Shown: positions 27,611-38,365, counted from the stretch's first letter. The stretch: 43,464 nt of DNA from Candidatus Parcubacteria bacterium (GCA_046050355.1 JBJOPW010000009.1:1-43464), one strand, 5' to 3'. Notes: a model not told the origin generated them from the sequence alone. Made by a program: numbers and translations.

Positions 27611-27809
27611 GTTGATTCCCTTTTGGCACTGCTCTCTATTAGGTAGAGTTGTTAACTTGGTGCCATTGGCAGAGCAACCGTCCTACCCGGTCTCCCCCAG
27701 AGAGGCTATGGCACCAATTGCGGTATTACTGTTGGTAATTACTGAGACAGCGTTTACTCTTCGGTCACCCTCAGGTCTCATAGTCGGTAGGCATAGCTAG
27801 AACCCGTCC

Positions 27810-27837
27810 TTGCATTTTTAGTAGATTATGCTATAAT
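27810..27837 (+). promoter_or_regulatory. rpsO promoter
   Basis: TTGCAT-16 nt-TATAAT with extended TG. Confidence 0.65.
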
Positions 27838-27847
27838 TGGTCCATCC

Positions 27848-27915
27848 TTCGCAGGTTATTACAGTGAAGCCAATGCCAAGATTGCTTGGGTATCTACATT
27901 ACGGTTTCACTATTT
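27848..27915 (+). promoter_or_regulatory. Structured rpsO leader, candidate S15 autoregulatory RNA
   Basis: Nested stems AGTGAAGCC/GGTTTCACT, AATG/CATT, CCAAG/CTTGG. Confidence 0.5.
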
Positions 27916-27929
27916 ATTTACACTATTGT

Positions 27930-28196
27930 ATGTTAAGTAAGCGAGTTAAAGAGAATGTCATGAAGGCAGTAAAGCGCCATGATAGTGACACTGGTTCACC
28001 TGAAGCGCAGGTTGCGCTGCTTACCCGTCAGATTGAAGAACTTTCTACGCATCTTCGGAAGCACAAGAAGGACTTCCATTCACGCCGCGGTCTCCTGCAG
28101 CTCGTCGCTGATCGTCGCAAACACCTCAAGTATCTTGAGCGAAAAGACGAGAAGGCGTACCTCGGGTTGGTTGAAAAACTTGGACTCAAACGCTAA
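27930..28196 (+). CDS. rpsO: 30S ribosomal protein S15
   Basis: [29 protein letters not shown]. Confidence 0.98.
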   Translation: MLSKRVKENVMKAVKRHDSDTGSPEAQVALLTRQIEELSTHLRKHKKDFHSRRGLLQLVADRRKHLKYLERKDEKAYLGLVEKLGLKR

Positions 28197-28200
28197 CAAC

Positions 28201-28229
28201 GTGCTCCGTACCGGAGCACTTTGTTTTTT
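28201..28229 (+). terminator. Terminator after rpsO
   Basis: GTGCTCCG/CGGAGCAC followed by TTTGTTTTTT. Confidence 0.75.
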
Positions 28230-28276
28230 ACAAAACAAGCGTATAGTGATAGAGAAGGCTAACAGTTATTTTTTAT

Positions 28277-28861
28277 ATGGGAATCATTAGACATAAAGAT
28301 CAGCGTGTCGCGATTTTGATAGACACACAAAACCTCTACCACAGTGCCAAAAATTTATATAAAGCAAAAGTAAATTTTGGCAACGTTGTAAAAGCGGCCC
28401 TCGGTGATCGCAAACTTATCCGGGCGCTATCATACGTCGTTAATACTGAGAGTGGGGAGGAGGCACCATTTTTTGAAGCACTTGAGAAAGTTGGTATCGA
28501 AATTAAAACTAAAGATCTACAAATATTTTTTGGTGGAGCAAAAAAAGCCGACTGGGATGTTGGCTTGGCGATTGATGCAATTAAGCTTGCGCATAAGGTC
28601 GATGCGATTGTGCTCGCGACTGGTGATGGTGATTTTATCCCACTCGTGGAATACGTCAAAAGTCAGGGATGTCAAGTGGAAGTCATTACGTTTGGTCGAT
28701 CTGCGTCTGGACGACTCCGCGAAGTAGTGGACGATTTTATTGATCTCGATGAGGCTCCACATGAATTCTTAATTGGGTATCGTACCCATCGCCAAAAAAG
28801 TCCTGGGCTTCGAAAACAAATCAAGCGCGTCGTTGGAACAGATACCGATGACATACTCTAA
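28277..28861 (+). CDS. NYN-domain (LabA/DUF88, PIN-like) protein
   Basis: ILIDTQNLY, KADWDVGLAID, LATGDGDFIP. Confidence 0.92.
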   Translation: MGIIRHKDQRVAILIDTQNLYHSAKNLYKAKVNFGNVVKAALGDRKLIRALSYVVNTESGEEAPFFEALEKVGIEIKTKDLQIFFGGAKKADWDVGLAIDAIKLAHKVDAIVLATGDGDFIPLVEYVKSQGCQVEVITFGRSASGRLREVVDDFIDLDEAPHEFLIGYRTHRQKSPGLRKQIKRVVGTDTDDIL

Positions 28862-28984
28862 GCGCAGTAACAAATTACCTGTTGATACAATCATCAGTTT
28901 CATGTAACGACTGCTTCAGTAATGAACAGCCTACGTACACCACTCTCTATACATTGCGATGGGGGGTGGTTTTGGTATGCTTAG

Positions 28985-29062
28985 TTCGCAGGTAGTTTAT
29001 AAGTGAAGTGAGGAGGTAGGTAGATTTCAAAGAGTTGAAATCTAAAACCTCTTCACTTATTT
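28985..29062 (+). promoter_or_regulatory. Structured pnp leader
   Basis: Stems ATAAGTGAAG/CTTCACTTAT and TAGATTTCAA/TTGAAATCTA, downstream of TGGTATGCT (-10). Confidence 0.55.
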
Positions 29063-29076
29063 CTTGAAAGAGTTAT

Positions 29077-31200
29077 ATGTATACAAAAAGTTACGAAACA
29101 CAGTTTGGTGGCAAAAAACTTATCGCGGAGTTTAATGATCTAGCAGTGAAGGCTCATGGTTCGGTCATGATGCGCTATGGTGAAACAGTAGTGCTCGTCA
29201 CTGCTGTGATGGGCGACAAGGAACAACCCGATCTACCTTACTTTCCACTCTCTGTTGAATACGAAGAGAAGTTCTATGCAGCTGGTGCCATTCTCGGCAG
29301 TCGCTTTCAGAGACGCGAAGGTAGACCGAGTGACGAGGCAATCTTAAGCGCGCGTATTGTGGATCGCACCATACGCCCACTGTTTGACCACACGCTTCGT
29401 CGCGATGTACAGGTAGTCATTACGGTACTGGCGATTGGTGATGAAGACCCCGATATATTGGGTGTCATCGGCGCTAGTTTAGCGCTTGGTGTCTCATCGA
29501 TTCCATTTCAAGGACCAGTCAGTGCAGTCCGTATCACCAAGCGTAAGGATACCGGCGAACTCATCATCAACCCGACGTATTCCGATCGCGAAAATTCGTT
29601 ATTTGATTTTGAAGTACTCGCCTGTGGGAAAGAGGGCACTATCAATATGATTGAGACGAGTGCCCATGAGGTAAGTGAAAGTGATATCGTAGCAATTCTT
29701 GAAGCCGCCTCAATCTTGCATACCGACATTAATACCTTTGCACAAACTATAATCATGGAACGTGGTGTGGCCAAGTATGTCGCCCCACAGCAACCATCAG
29801 TGACAGCACTGGAAACACTATTTGCTCATGACTTTGCCAGCCGACTCGGCCAAACACTCTTTTCTGGACAGAGTGGAAAATCCCATCTTAACGAACTGCA
29901 ACAGCACTGGCTTGAAGCAGTCTCAGCATTACCTGAACCCGTGAGTAAAACTATCGCTGAGCGTTTTTTTGAAGACATGATCAACGAAGCTATTCATGTC
30001 GGCGCAATTGAATTTGGTAAACGAGCGGATGGCCGTGGCCTCGATGAGGTACGACCGCTGTATGCCCAAGTAGGTGGTATATCACCCGTGCTCCATGGTA
30101 GTGGCATCTTCTATCGGGGTGATACGCACATATTTACCGCTTTAACATTAGGTGGGCCAGAGGCCGCTCAGCTGATTGATACAATGGAAGATCAGTCAAC
30201 GACGAAGCGCTTTATGCACCATTACAACTTTCCACCGTTTTCAGTTGGTGAAACGGGACGGGTAGGGGGATTCAATCGGCGGATGATTGGTCATGGCGCA
30301 CTCGCAGAAAAAGCCCTCTTACCGGTAATTCCCAATAAAGAGACATTTCCGTACACTATCCGACTCGTATCAGAAACACTATCAAGCAATGGTTCTAGTT
30401 CCATGGGTTCAGTTTGTGCCAGCACTATCGCTCTCATGGATGGGGGTGTACCAATCACCAAGCCGGTAGCGGGCATTGCTTCTGGTGTCATGATACAAGG
30501 TGACCGCTACGCTCTACTCACCGATATTCAAGGACCAGAAGATGAACATGGGGACATGGATTTTAAAGTCGCTGGAACAAAAGATGGTATCACTGCTATC
30601 CAAATGGATGTAAAAGTTGGTGGTGTGACACTGGAGATACTAACAGGCGCACTCGAAAAAGCCCGCCTCGCCCGCCTCCATATCCTTAAGACCATGGCGA
30701 CTGCCATTAGTCAGCCCCGAACGACGATCTCTCCACGTGCTCCGGAAATTATTTCTCTCACTATTCTTAAAGAGCAGATCGGTTTAGTCATCGGGAGTGG
30801 CGGTAAAACAATTAATAAAATTAAAGAAGAATCTGGGGTAGCTGATATTACCATTGAGGATGATGGTACTGTGTTTATTACTGGTAAACATGGTACTGCA
30901 CAACAAGCAGCCAGCACTATTCGTAGCCTTACCCATATATACACCGTTGGAGAAACGGTTACAGCGACGATTACAAAAATCGCCGGCTTCGGTGCTTTTG
31001 CCAAACTCGACGAGTACCATGAGGGACTGATCCACATTTCGGAAATTGCACCGTTTAGACTAGACGATCTTAGTGGGGTGTTTACCGAAGGGGAAACTGT
31101 TACGGCAGTCGTTAGTAAAGTTGAGGAAGGTAAGATTGGACTCTCTATCAAACAAATAGACCCAGCTTTTGCTGAACGAAAGGGACTTACAGCAAAATAA
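29077..31200 (+). CDS. pnp: Polyribonucleotide nucleotidyltransferase
   Basis: RREGRP, DRTIRPLF, HYNFPPFSVGE, SNGSSSM, GDMDFKVAG, KH and S1 domains. Confidence 0.98.
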   Translation: MYTKSYETQFGGKKLIAEFNDLAVKAHGSVMMRYGETVVLVTAVMGDKEQPDLPYFPLSVEYEEKFYAAGAILGSRFQRREGRPSDEAILSARIVDRTIRPLFDHTLRRDVQVVITVLAIGDEDPDILGVIGASLALGVSSIPFQGPVSAVRITKRKDTGELIINPTYSDRENSLFDFEVLACGKEGTINMIETSAHEVSESDIVAILEAASILHTDINTFAQTIIMERGVAKYVAPQQPSVTALETLFAHDFASRLGQTLFSGQSGKSHLNELQQHWLEAVSALPEPVSKTIAERFFEDMINEAIHVGAIEFGKRADGRGLDEVRPLYAQVGGISPVLHGSGIFYRGDTHIFTALTLGGPEAAQLIDTMEDQSTTKRFMHHYNFPPFSVGETGRVGGFNRRMIGHGALAEKALLPVIPNKETFPYTIRLVSETLSSNGSSSMGSVCASTIALMDGGVPITKPVAGIASGVMIQGDRYALLTDIQGPEDEHGDMDFKVAGTKDGITAIQMDVKVGGVTLEILTGALEKARLARLHILKTMATAISQPRTTISPRAPEIISLTILKEQIGLVIGSGGKTINKIKEESGVADITIEDDGTVFITGKHGTAQQAASTIRSLTHIYTVGETVTATITKIAGFGAFAKLDEYHEGLIHISEIAPFRLDDLSGVFTEGETVTAVVSKVEEGKIGLSIKQIDPAFAERKGLTAK

Positions 31201-31216
31201 TCACAGCGAACCAGAA

Positions 31217-31253
31217 AACCACCCACCGCCCCACTCTGGGGCGGTGGGTGGTT
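31217..31253 (+). terminator. Terminator after pnp
   Basis: AACCACCCACCGCCCCA/TGGGGCGGTGGGTGGTT. Confidence 0.75.
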
Positions 31254-31307
31254 TGGAGTGAAAAAGTCTCTACCACTGCTTCCAAGGTATGAGATACTAT
31301 AGACACA

Positions 31308-33068
31308 ATGTCTGCTCCAGCTCTTAAAAAAGTTCATACGTTTGCTGATGACCTAAACCTTGTACGCGGCAAACAGGGTATAGTGATGAAGAAACCACCA
31401 ACCGTGGTACATCCCGGTGCTGCAACCCCAGCAAAAAATAATGCTGTACGAGTAGCGGAAACAGTCCCAGCTGGACCAAAGAAAATTTTAACCACTACAA
31501 AAGACACGTTACGTCCATCAGCCAATGATCTGCCAGCGACAGTCATTACTGACCAACGCGGGAAGCGTTTCAACTTGACCTCCGAAATGAGTTCAGCGAT
31601 TGCAGACTGGTGGAACGAAAAAATAAAATCAGTCAAAAAAACAAACAAAAAGAACTTGTATGGATTACCGGCCGCTGAGCGGCGGAAGGGGGTCATACAT
31701 ACGGCGACCACCTATACCGGTCGACAGGCAACCAGTGACTACGAGGCGGTAGTCACAAGAGTAAAAACCTCAGAATCGACAAAAGCAACACCTACTCCGA
31801 CCCAACCAAAAGTAGCGACCGAACTTGATATCACAACCGAAACAACTGGATGGACCACCGATACAGCAATGTCTCGCGAACAGGCCGCGCCCGTAGCAGT
31901 ACCGTCACCGGCGTCAATCATTTCGCCCCTACCACCAATCAAGCAGCAAGAACAAAACCAGATACAAGTTACTAACATTACCTACCGTCAACCGGCTTCT
32001 GAAATACTGGTACCACATGAAGCGCCTCACGATGACTTTGCTACTGTACCAGACAATGATAGTACATCTGAGATAGGTGTCGATGAACTACCCGAAACTC
32101 TACCTGAAGTTCAGGCGACAACCATTACCCCAATAGTGGTGCCGCCGCCACGGACATTTGAAAAAATTGCACCGCAGATACCAGAGACACCACCGACCGT
32201 GACACCAATGGTTGCGCCCAGTATACAAAGAAATAACACCCTATCATTACTTGGTGAAATTCCTGAGCCAAAAATTCAAAATAAACCTGAGTACGTCAAA
32301 GCATCAATTGCCGCCCGTAAAGAAACTCTTGAAAATACACAGACTTCACCACGATCAATGCGCTCGTTGTCTGCCTTAGCTCCATATCTAGCGGGAGGTA
32401 TGTTTGTGTTAGTGAGCGTCGGCAGTATTACTTATTTCATGTTTAGCAGTAACACTGACGACAGTGATCCAAGCACCGCAAATACCACCCTGCCGGTTAC
32501 TCCTAATACACCAGCGGATACTGCGTCAGGGAATAGCCTTACCCAATCTGTCACCGCCCGACTTGATGCTCCAAATAAAGCTTCACTGTTTGCAGCGATT
32601 GCGGCCACTACTGGTACTGGTGAAGGCCTCCAACTGGTGACACCGCTCGCACATGACAGCAATCTACCGCTCAGTAGCCGTGAGATTTTAAACCTGCTCA
32701 ATCGACAATTTTCACCGGTATTTATTGGTAATATCACCCAAGTGCACGTAGGTATGTACCGTGAGGAACCAGTGATTATACTCACGGTCAGTGACAGCAC
32801 CAATGCCCGAGGTGGTATGTACTCATGGGAGACTACTATGAGCCAAGATCTCAGTCCTTGGTTTGGCCTGCCTTTGGCCGGCTCTCAATCTGTGACTGGA
32901 TCTGCCTTTCTTGATAGTACTAGTGCTGGGTATGATATCCGCATACTCAAGGATGATATCGGGACTGAGCGTATTGTGTATGGCGTAGTGGGACCGTCAA
33001 CGGTGATAATTACGACCAGTAGTTTGGCTTTCCTTAATATTACTCAAAACTATAACCGGAGTTATTAA
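31308..33068 (+). CDS. Hypothetical bitopic membrane protein with Pro/Thr-rich N-terminal region
   Basis: 586-aa ORF, one TM (LAGGMFVLVSVGSITYFMF), C-terminal GGMYSWE...DIRIL domain. Confidence 0.8.
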   Translation: MSAPALKKVHTFADDLNLVRGKQGIVMKKPPTVVHPGAATPAKNNAVRVAETVPAGPKKILTTTKDTLRPSANDLPATVITDQRGKRFNLTSEMSSAIADWWNEKIKSVKKTNKKNLYGLPAAERRKGVIHTATTYTGRQATSDYEAVVTRVKTSESTKATPTPTQPKVATELDITTETTGWTTDTAMSREQAAPVAVPSPASIISPLPPIKQQEQNQIQVTNITYRQPASEILVPHEAPHDDFATVPDNDSTSEIGVDELPETLPEVQATTITPIVVPPPRTFEKIAPQIPETPPTVTPMVAPSIQRNNTLSLLGEIPEPKIQNKPEYVKASIAARKETLENTQTSPRSMRSLSALAPYLAGGMFVLVSVGSITYFMFSSNTDDSDPSTANTTLPVTPNTPADTASGNSLTQSVTARLDAPNKASLFAAIAATTGTGEGLQLVTPLAHDSNLPLSSREILNLLNRQFSPVFIGNITQVHVGMYREEPVIILTVSDSTNARGGMYSWETTMSQDLSPWFGLPLAGSQSVTGSAFLDSTSAGYDIRILKDDIGTERIVYGVVGPSTVIITTSSLAFLNITQNYNRSY

Positions 33069-33092
33069 TATTCGATGGTATACTGATAGAGT

Positions 33093-33461
33093 ATGCACGA
33101 AATAGCCAAACAACAACTTGAAGCACAACTAGATCAGGTGACAGCTGAGTTACAAACAATTGCTATATATCACGAAGAAAGCGACGATTGGGAAGCCCGC
33201 TTTGATAGTGATCTACATGATGAAGCAGACGAGGATCTCATTAGTGATAATGCCGAGGCAGCAGAGGAGGTGATTGCCACTTTAGCTCTCCTTGAAACAC
33301 AATTCCGCAACATTACCCGTGCTCTGTCTCACATAGCTACTGGCGACTACGGCAATTGTGAGATTTGTGGCCAGGCTATTGAAGCTGATCGGCTGGCTGT
33401 AAATCCAGCGGCTCGCACTTGCAAAGCTCACCTCAACGACGAGATTGATCTACCGCTCTAG
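33093..33461 (+). CDS. TraR/DksA-family zinc-finger protein
   Basis: YGNCEICG..IEADRL.VNPAARTCKAH; acidic coiled coil. Confidence 0.9.
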   Translation: MHEIAKQQLEAQLDQVTAELQTIAIYHEESDDWEARFDSDLHDEADEDLISDNAEAAEEVIATLALLETQFRNITRALSHIATGDYGNCEICGQAIEADRLAVNPAARTCKAHLNDEIDLPL

Positions 33462-33467
33462 ACTACT

Positions 33468-34991
33468 ATGTCAATTGCCCGCCTTTACACCGTTCAACCA
33501 ACAGTAACAGGCGGTCTCGTGGTAGCGGTGGAGGCTGATATTTCTAAAGGACTCCACTCATTTGCAATTGTTGGCTTAGCAGGTAAGGCCATTGAAGAGG
33601 CTAAAGATCGTATTTCCACTGCTATCAAATATAGCGGTTTTGATTCTCCAAAAACACAGAATCATAAAATTATTATATCGCTCGCGCCCGCCGATCTGAA
33701 AAAAGAAGGGCCGCTTTTTGATCTACCTTTAGCGCTGGCATATCTTATCGCACAAGAAGAAATACTCGTTGATGACACGAAACGAATTTTTGTTGGGGAA
33801 CTTGGTCTTGATGGCAGCTTACGACCAGTCCGCGGTGTAATCAACATGGTGATTGCTGCTAAAGCGGCTGGTTTTACCGAAGTGTTTGTACCACTTGAAA
33901 ACGCCAAAGAAGCTGCCTGTATTGAAGGAATAAAGATCTATGGTGCCAAAAATCTGATTTCGGTGGTCGCTCATATTAATAAAAAGAGTCGAGAGCAACA
34001 ATTGTTGCCGGTCACACCATTATCGCAACTAGACGAATCGTGGACAGATACGGTGATTAAACTTGAAGATATTAAAGGGCAGGAAAGCGCCAAACGGGCT
34101 CTTCTCATAGCAGCCGCTGGAAGACACAATGTCATTATGGTCGGGCCACCAGGTACTGGCAAAACTATGCTCGCCCGGGCTTTTCAAAGCCTCCTTCCAC
34201 CACTGACTCGTGACGAAGCCCTCAGGGTGGCAATGATTCGTTCATTCGCTGGCGATACCACTGATTTACTGACAACTAAACCACCATTTCGTACGCCACA
34301 CCATACCGCTTCACATACCGCACTTGTTGGCGGTGGAACACATCCTCGACCTGGCGAAATTACCTTGGCCCACCTCGGCGTATTATTCATGGATGAGTTT
34401 CCGGAATTTGATCGTCGTAGTTTAGATGCTTTACGACAACCATTAGAGGATCGTGTCGTGAGTATCTCCCGAGTGCAGGGAACCGCCTTGTTCCCGGCTG
34501 ACGTCATTCTCGTGGCGGCGATGAACCCGTATCGGGGAAGTGAGGATGGTACCACCAACCTCGCTGCTGCAATGCAGTATACCTACAAAGACAAGATTTC
34601 GGGCCCAATTCTTGACCGCATTGATCTTTGGATTGAGGTCCCTCATGTTCCCTATGAGACACTAACCACAAAAAACCGTGATGATACTGAAACTACTCGC
34701 GCCCGTGAAGCGATTAGAGCGGCCCGAGTCCGGCAACACCAACGACTCATTAATCGTGGAATTATGACTAATGCCACGATGACAAGTCGCGATATAGAAG
34801 ATACTATCTCGCTTAGTAGCGACGTCAAAAATTTACTAAAAAGTTCGGCCGAAAAATTAAATTTGTCTCCACGCGGTTACCATCGTCTGATAAAAGTCGC
34901 ACAAACCATTGCTGACCTTGAGGCCAGTCAACACATTACCACGGCCCATATCCTTGAGGCCTTACAATACCGAGTCCGTTTGTCCCCCTAA
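33468..34991 (+). CDS. comM: ComM/YifB Mg-chelatase-like AAA+ ATPase
   Basis: LAPADLKKEG, GELGLDG, GPPGTGKT, FRTPHH, PGEITLAH, DEFPEF, SGPILDRID. Confidence 0.93.
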   Translation: MSIARLYTVQPTVTGGLVVAVEADISKGLHSFAIVGLAGKAIEEAKDRISTAIKYSGFDSPKTQNHKIIISLAPADLKKEGPLFDLPLALAYLIAQEEILVDDTKRIFVGELGLDGSLRPVRGVINMVIAAKAAGFTEVFVPLENAKEAACIEGIKIYGAKNLISVVAHINKKSREQQLLPVTPLSQLDESWTDTVIKLEDIKGQESAKRALLIAAAGRHNVIMVGPPGTGKTMLARAFQSLLPPLTRDEALRVAMIRSFAGDTTDLLTTKPPFRTPHHTASHTALVGGGTHPRPGEITLAHLGVLFMDEFPEFDRRSLDALRQPLEDRVVSISRVQGTALFPADVILVAAMNPYRGSEDGTTNLAAAMQYTYKDKISGPILDRIDLWIEVPHVPYETLTTKNRDDTETTRAREAIRAARVRQHQRLINRGIMTNATMTSRDIEDTISLSSDVKNLLKSSAEKLNLSPRGYHRLIKVAQTIADLEASQHITTAHILEALQYRVRLSP

Positions 34992-35037
34992 AGACTACCA
35001 CGCTGTCGGGTACTGTGAAGTCGTGTTGATCGGTGGA

Positions 35038-36162
35038 TTAAAAGGGGTTGCGTCCACCACGGACCTCAAAGTGAAGGTGTGGTCCTGTCGATTTACCGGT
35101 ATTACCAAGTCCGCCAATGGTCTCGCCAGCCACCACCGTGTCACCCACACCCACACTGTTGCTCGAAAGGTGAGCATAGAGTGTTTGCGTACCATTATTG
35201 TGCTTAATAACCACATACTGGCCATAACCGCCATTCCAACCAGAACTTTTTGAAACAATCACCTCGCCACCAAGGGCAGCTCGAACTGGGGTACCAACCG
35301 ATCCGCCAAAATCAACACCGTTATAGCCATGAATGCCCTGCGTCTTAATTGTTCCTGGCGCTGGGTGCACAAAACTACCAGTGCCTTTGGCAGTAGCGGT
35401 AGCTTTACTGGTGCCATTGGTCTTTTTTGCCACAACCGTAGTATGGAGTGCACCACCAGGCACAATCACTGTTTCGCCAATAGTGAGCGGAGCGTCCTTT
35501 GCCAGCTGATTGTACGATGCTACTTCCTCAGCATTCGCCTCGTATTTTTTCGCAATAGACGCCAGGGTGTCGCCTGACTTCACGATATGTCGGACACCAG
35601 CTATCGGGAGAATAATCAAAGTATCGCCTGGTTTAATAGCTTTTGCACTCGAGAGATCGTTCGCCCATAAAATGGTATTTGCGGTCACATCAAACATCTC
35701 AGCGATCATCGATAGTGAGTCTCCCTCACGGACGGTATACACGCTAATCTCACCACTTGATTGCTTTTTGGCAGAAATTTCGTCTTTACCAATTGGCCCA
35801 GAAGAGACAAGGGCTCCGTCTTGAGCGAGCACGTCGGCGTCACCACGGGAGCTACTTGGATCAGGATTATTGGCGGCCACCAATAGCGGAGTGTCAAGCA
35901 CCGTGGTCATCGTGATTACCTCTGGGGTAGTGGTAGTGCCGGTAACATCAGTGCCACCAAAAAACGGAAAAACCCCCGCTTGCACAGAAAACGGTACTAT
36001 CACCACGAGAAGTCCAACGATGGTTTCAAGTACACGACCAGTAGTCGAAGGAGTGTTGTATGTGGTCACGAAACGGGCCGCCAGTTGCACGCGTTTCGAT
36101 GATTTTTTAATAAAACGTTGAATAAGGTAATGCTTATGGACTCGCCGCCTTGTTACAACCAT
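35038..36162 (-). CDS. LysM-LysM-M23 peptidase
   Basis: Two LysM repeats (YTVREGDSL, HIVKSGDTL), YAHL, STGPHLHFEV; start uncertain. Confidence 0.92.
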   Translation of the reverse strand: MVVTRRRVHKHYLIQRFIKKSSKRVQLAARFVTTYNTPSTTGRVLETIVGLLVVIVPFSVQAGVFPFFGGTDVTGTTTTPEVITMTTVLDTPLLVAANNPDPSSSRGDADVLAQDGALVSSGPIGKDEISAKKQSSGEISVYTVREGDSLSMIAEMFDVTANTILWANDLSSAKAIKPGDTLIILPIAGVRHIVKSGDTLASIAKKYEANAEEVASYNQLAKDAPLTIGETVIVPGGALHTTVVAKKTNGTSKATATAKGTGSFVHPAPGTIKTQGIHGYNGVDFGGSVGTPVRAALGGEVIVSKSSGWNGGYGQYVVIKHNNGTQTLYAHLSSNSVGVGDTVVAGETIGGLGNTGKSTGPHLHFEVRGGRNPF

Positions 36163-36403
36163 TACGGAAATACTGAAGTCACGAGAAGTCGTACTGACTT
36201 CGGGACAGAGCACCAAGCAAAGGGGTGCACGTGAGAATTATTTTACTAGATAGGCAGAAAGGGACAATTGACTCCCGTGCGTTTCTGGGGTATCAGGCAA
36301 GAGAAGGTGTACGGCCACTGTATTTATGGTTATTTTTACTCTCGACAGACTTAATTATTTATTATGTATTGAGTCATGGGGTTTATGGTATAGTACTCGC
36401 ACC

Positions 36404-38365
36404 ATGGAATCACGACCCTACCTTGCAACATTAAATAACGCCCAACGAAACGCCGTCACCCATATTACTGGACCACTTTTAGTCCTCGCTGGCGCTGGAT
36501 CAGGGAAAACTCGTGTCATTACCCACCGGATTGTGCACCTTATCCATGAGGGAGTCCGCCCCAACAATATCTTGGCGGTGACATTTACGAACAAGGCAGC
36601 CAAAGAAATGCGGGAACGGGTGGTGGCCCTCATGAATCAATACAGTCCATCGGCCCGAGCATCGGCTGATGCTCTTCCTACCGTTACCACCTTTCACTCT
36701 TTTGGGGTGCGAGTCCTCCGTGAATTTCATGGTGTATTAGGACTGCGTCGTCACTTCACTATTTATGACCGCAGCGATAGTATCCGTGCCATGAAAATGG
36801 CGATTGAACGCGCCAACTACAATCCCAAAGAATTTGAACCGCGGACAATCCTCGGTAAAATCTCACGTGCTAAGGGTGACGCCATTAGTGTTCAGGGTTT
36901 TAAAGATACTGCGAGCTCCTACCCAGACCGGGTTGCCGCTGAAGTGTGGGTAAAATACGAAGAGATTCTCACCGCTGAAGACGCCCTCGATTTTGATGAC
37001 CTCCTTGTAAAGACGCTCGTACTCCTGCGCGACTACGCACCGGTGCGTGATACCCTCGTTCAGCGGTACCACTACATTCATATTGATGAGTACCAGGATA
37101 CAAACCGTGTTCAGTTTGAAATCGCTCGTCTTCTCGCTGGCGAGGCGCAGAACATTTGTGCGGTAGGGGACATCGACCAAAATATCTACTCATGGCGTGG
37201 AGCAGACATCAAAAACGTTTTGCAGTTTGAGCGGTTCTTTCCGAAAGCGGAGACAGTCCTCCTCGAAGAGAATTACCGTTCCACTAAAAATATCATTGGG
37301 GCGGCCAATGATGTTATTGCCAAAAACAAAAACCGCGTCGAAAAAAATGTGTTCACAACCAATGAGGACGGGGAAAAAATCACCCTCTACGCGGCCATGA
37401 ACGGGGGAGATGAGGCGGAATACATAGCCCGTTCTGCCAATTCCTTAATCAAAGATGGTATTGCACCCAGTAGTATCGCGGTGTTATACCGCACAAACTT
37501 CCAATCACGCGCTCTTGAAGAAGCATTTTTGAATTATGGGGTAAGCTATCAACTCCTGGGGACTAAGTTTTATGAACGTAAAGAAATCAAAGACGTTCTT
37601 TCTTACCTACGTCTAGCGATGAATCCTGGTAGTAGTGCCGACCTTGCCCGCATCATTAATGAACCACCACGCGGTATCGGCAAAGTCACCATGCTAAAGG
37701 TCATCGAAGGACGACGAGGGGACCTGACCGGTGCTGCCCTTGAGAAAGTCACTCGCTTTGACGATATGATGATGGACATCGCCGCCGAAGCTCGAACGAA
37801 ACCGCTCTCTCTGGCACTTAAGTTTATTATTGCCCGCACCGGTATGGAAGCTGAGTTAAAGAAAAGTGGGACTGATGAAGACTTATCACGACTGGAGAAC
37901 CTCCGAGAGCTCGTTACTATCGCTACCCGCTACGACACGATGGATGTGGAGGCAGGTATTGAAGCTTTTATTGAAACGGTTGCGCTTCAGAGTGATCAAG
38001 ACGAACTCAAAGACAAAAGTGAGCAGGATGCGGTCCGCCTCATGACCGTACACGCAGCCAAAGGTCTCGAATTCCCTTACGTGTTTATTGCCGGCCTTGA
38101 AGAAGGGTTATTCCCCCATGAGCGACTGGATGATACTGGTATTGATCATGAGGAGGAACGGCGGCTCTTTTATGTAGCCTTGACCCGGGCTGAGAAAAAG
38201 ATCTTCTTGACCTACGCTCATATACGCACCATTTATGGGAGTCAGCGTGTTAATGTCCCGTCATCATTCCTTAATGATATTAGTCGTGCGTATGTCGAGA
38301 GCGCTAATCCAAAGGGTTTTGGGAGTGCCTCGTCAGGATACGAAACCACCATCTTCCTGGACTAG
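36404..38365 (+). CDS. pcrA: UvrD/PcrA SF1 DNA helicase
   Basis: AGAGSGKT, TFTNKAA, DEYQD, NYRS, TVHAAKGLEF, EERRLFYVALTRA. Confidence 0.96.
   Translation: MESRPYLATLNNAQRNAVTHITGPLLVLAGAGSGKTRVITHRIVHLIHEGVRPNNILAVTFTNKAAKEMRERVVALMNQYSPSARASADALPTVTTFHSFGVRVLREFHGVLGLRRHFTIYDRSDSIRAMKMAIERANYNPKEFEPRTILGKISRAKGDAISVQGFKDTASSYPDRVAAEVWVKYEEILTAEDALDFDDLLVKTLVLLRDYAPVRDTLVQRYHYIHIDEYQDTNRVQFEIARLLAGEAQNICAVGDIDQNIYSWRGADIKNVLQFERFFPKAETVLLEENYRSTKNIIGAANDVIAKNKNRVEKNVFTTNEDGEKITLYAAMNGGDEAEYIARSANSLIKDGIAPSSIAVLYRTNFQSRALEEAFLNYGVSYQLLGTKFYERKEIKDVLSYLRLAMNPGSSADLARIINEPPRGIGKVTMLKVIEGRRGDLTGAALEKVTRFDDMMMDIAAEARTKPLSLALKFIIARTGMEAELKKSGTDEDLSRLENLRELVTIATRYDTMDVEAGIEAFIETVALQSDQDELKDKSEQDAVRLMTVHAAKGLEFPYVFIAGLEEGLFPHERLDDTGIDHEEERRLFYVALTRAEKKIFLTYAHIRTIYGSQRVNVPSSFLNDISRAYVESANPKGFGSASSGYETTIFLD

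Noticed and set aside
27735-27785. GACCGAAG...CUCAG on the minus strand as a glycine riboswitch
   Set aside because: Upstream GGAGA element missing and no downstream gene on that strand.
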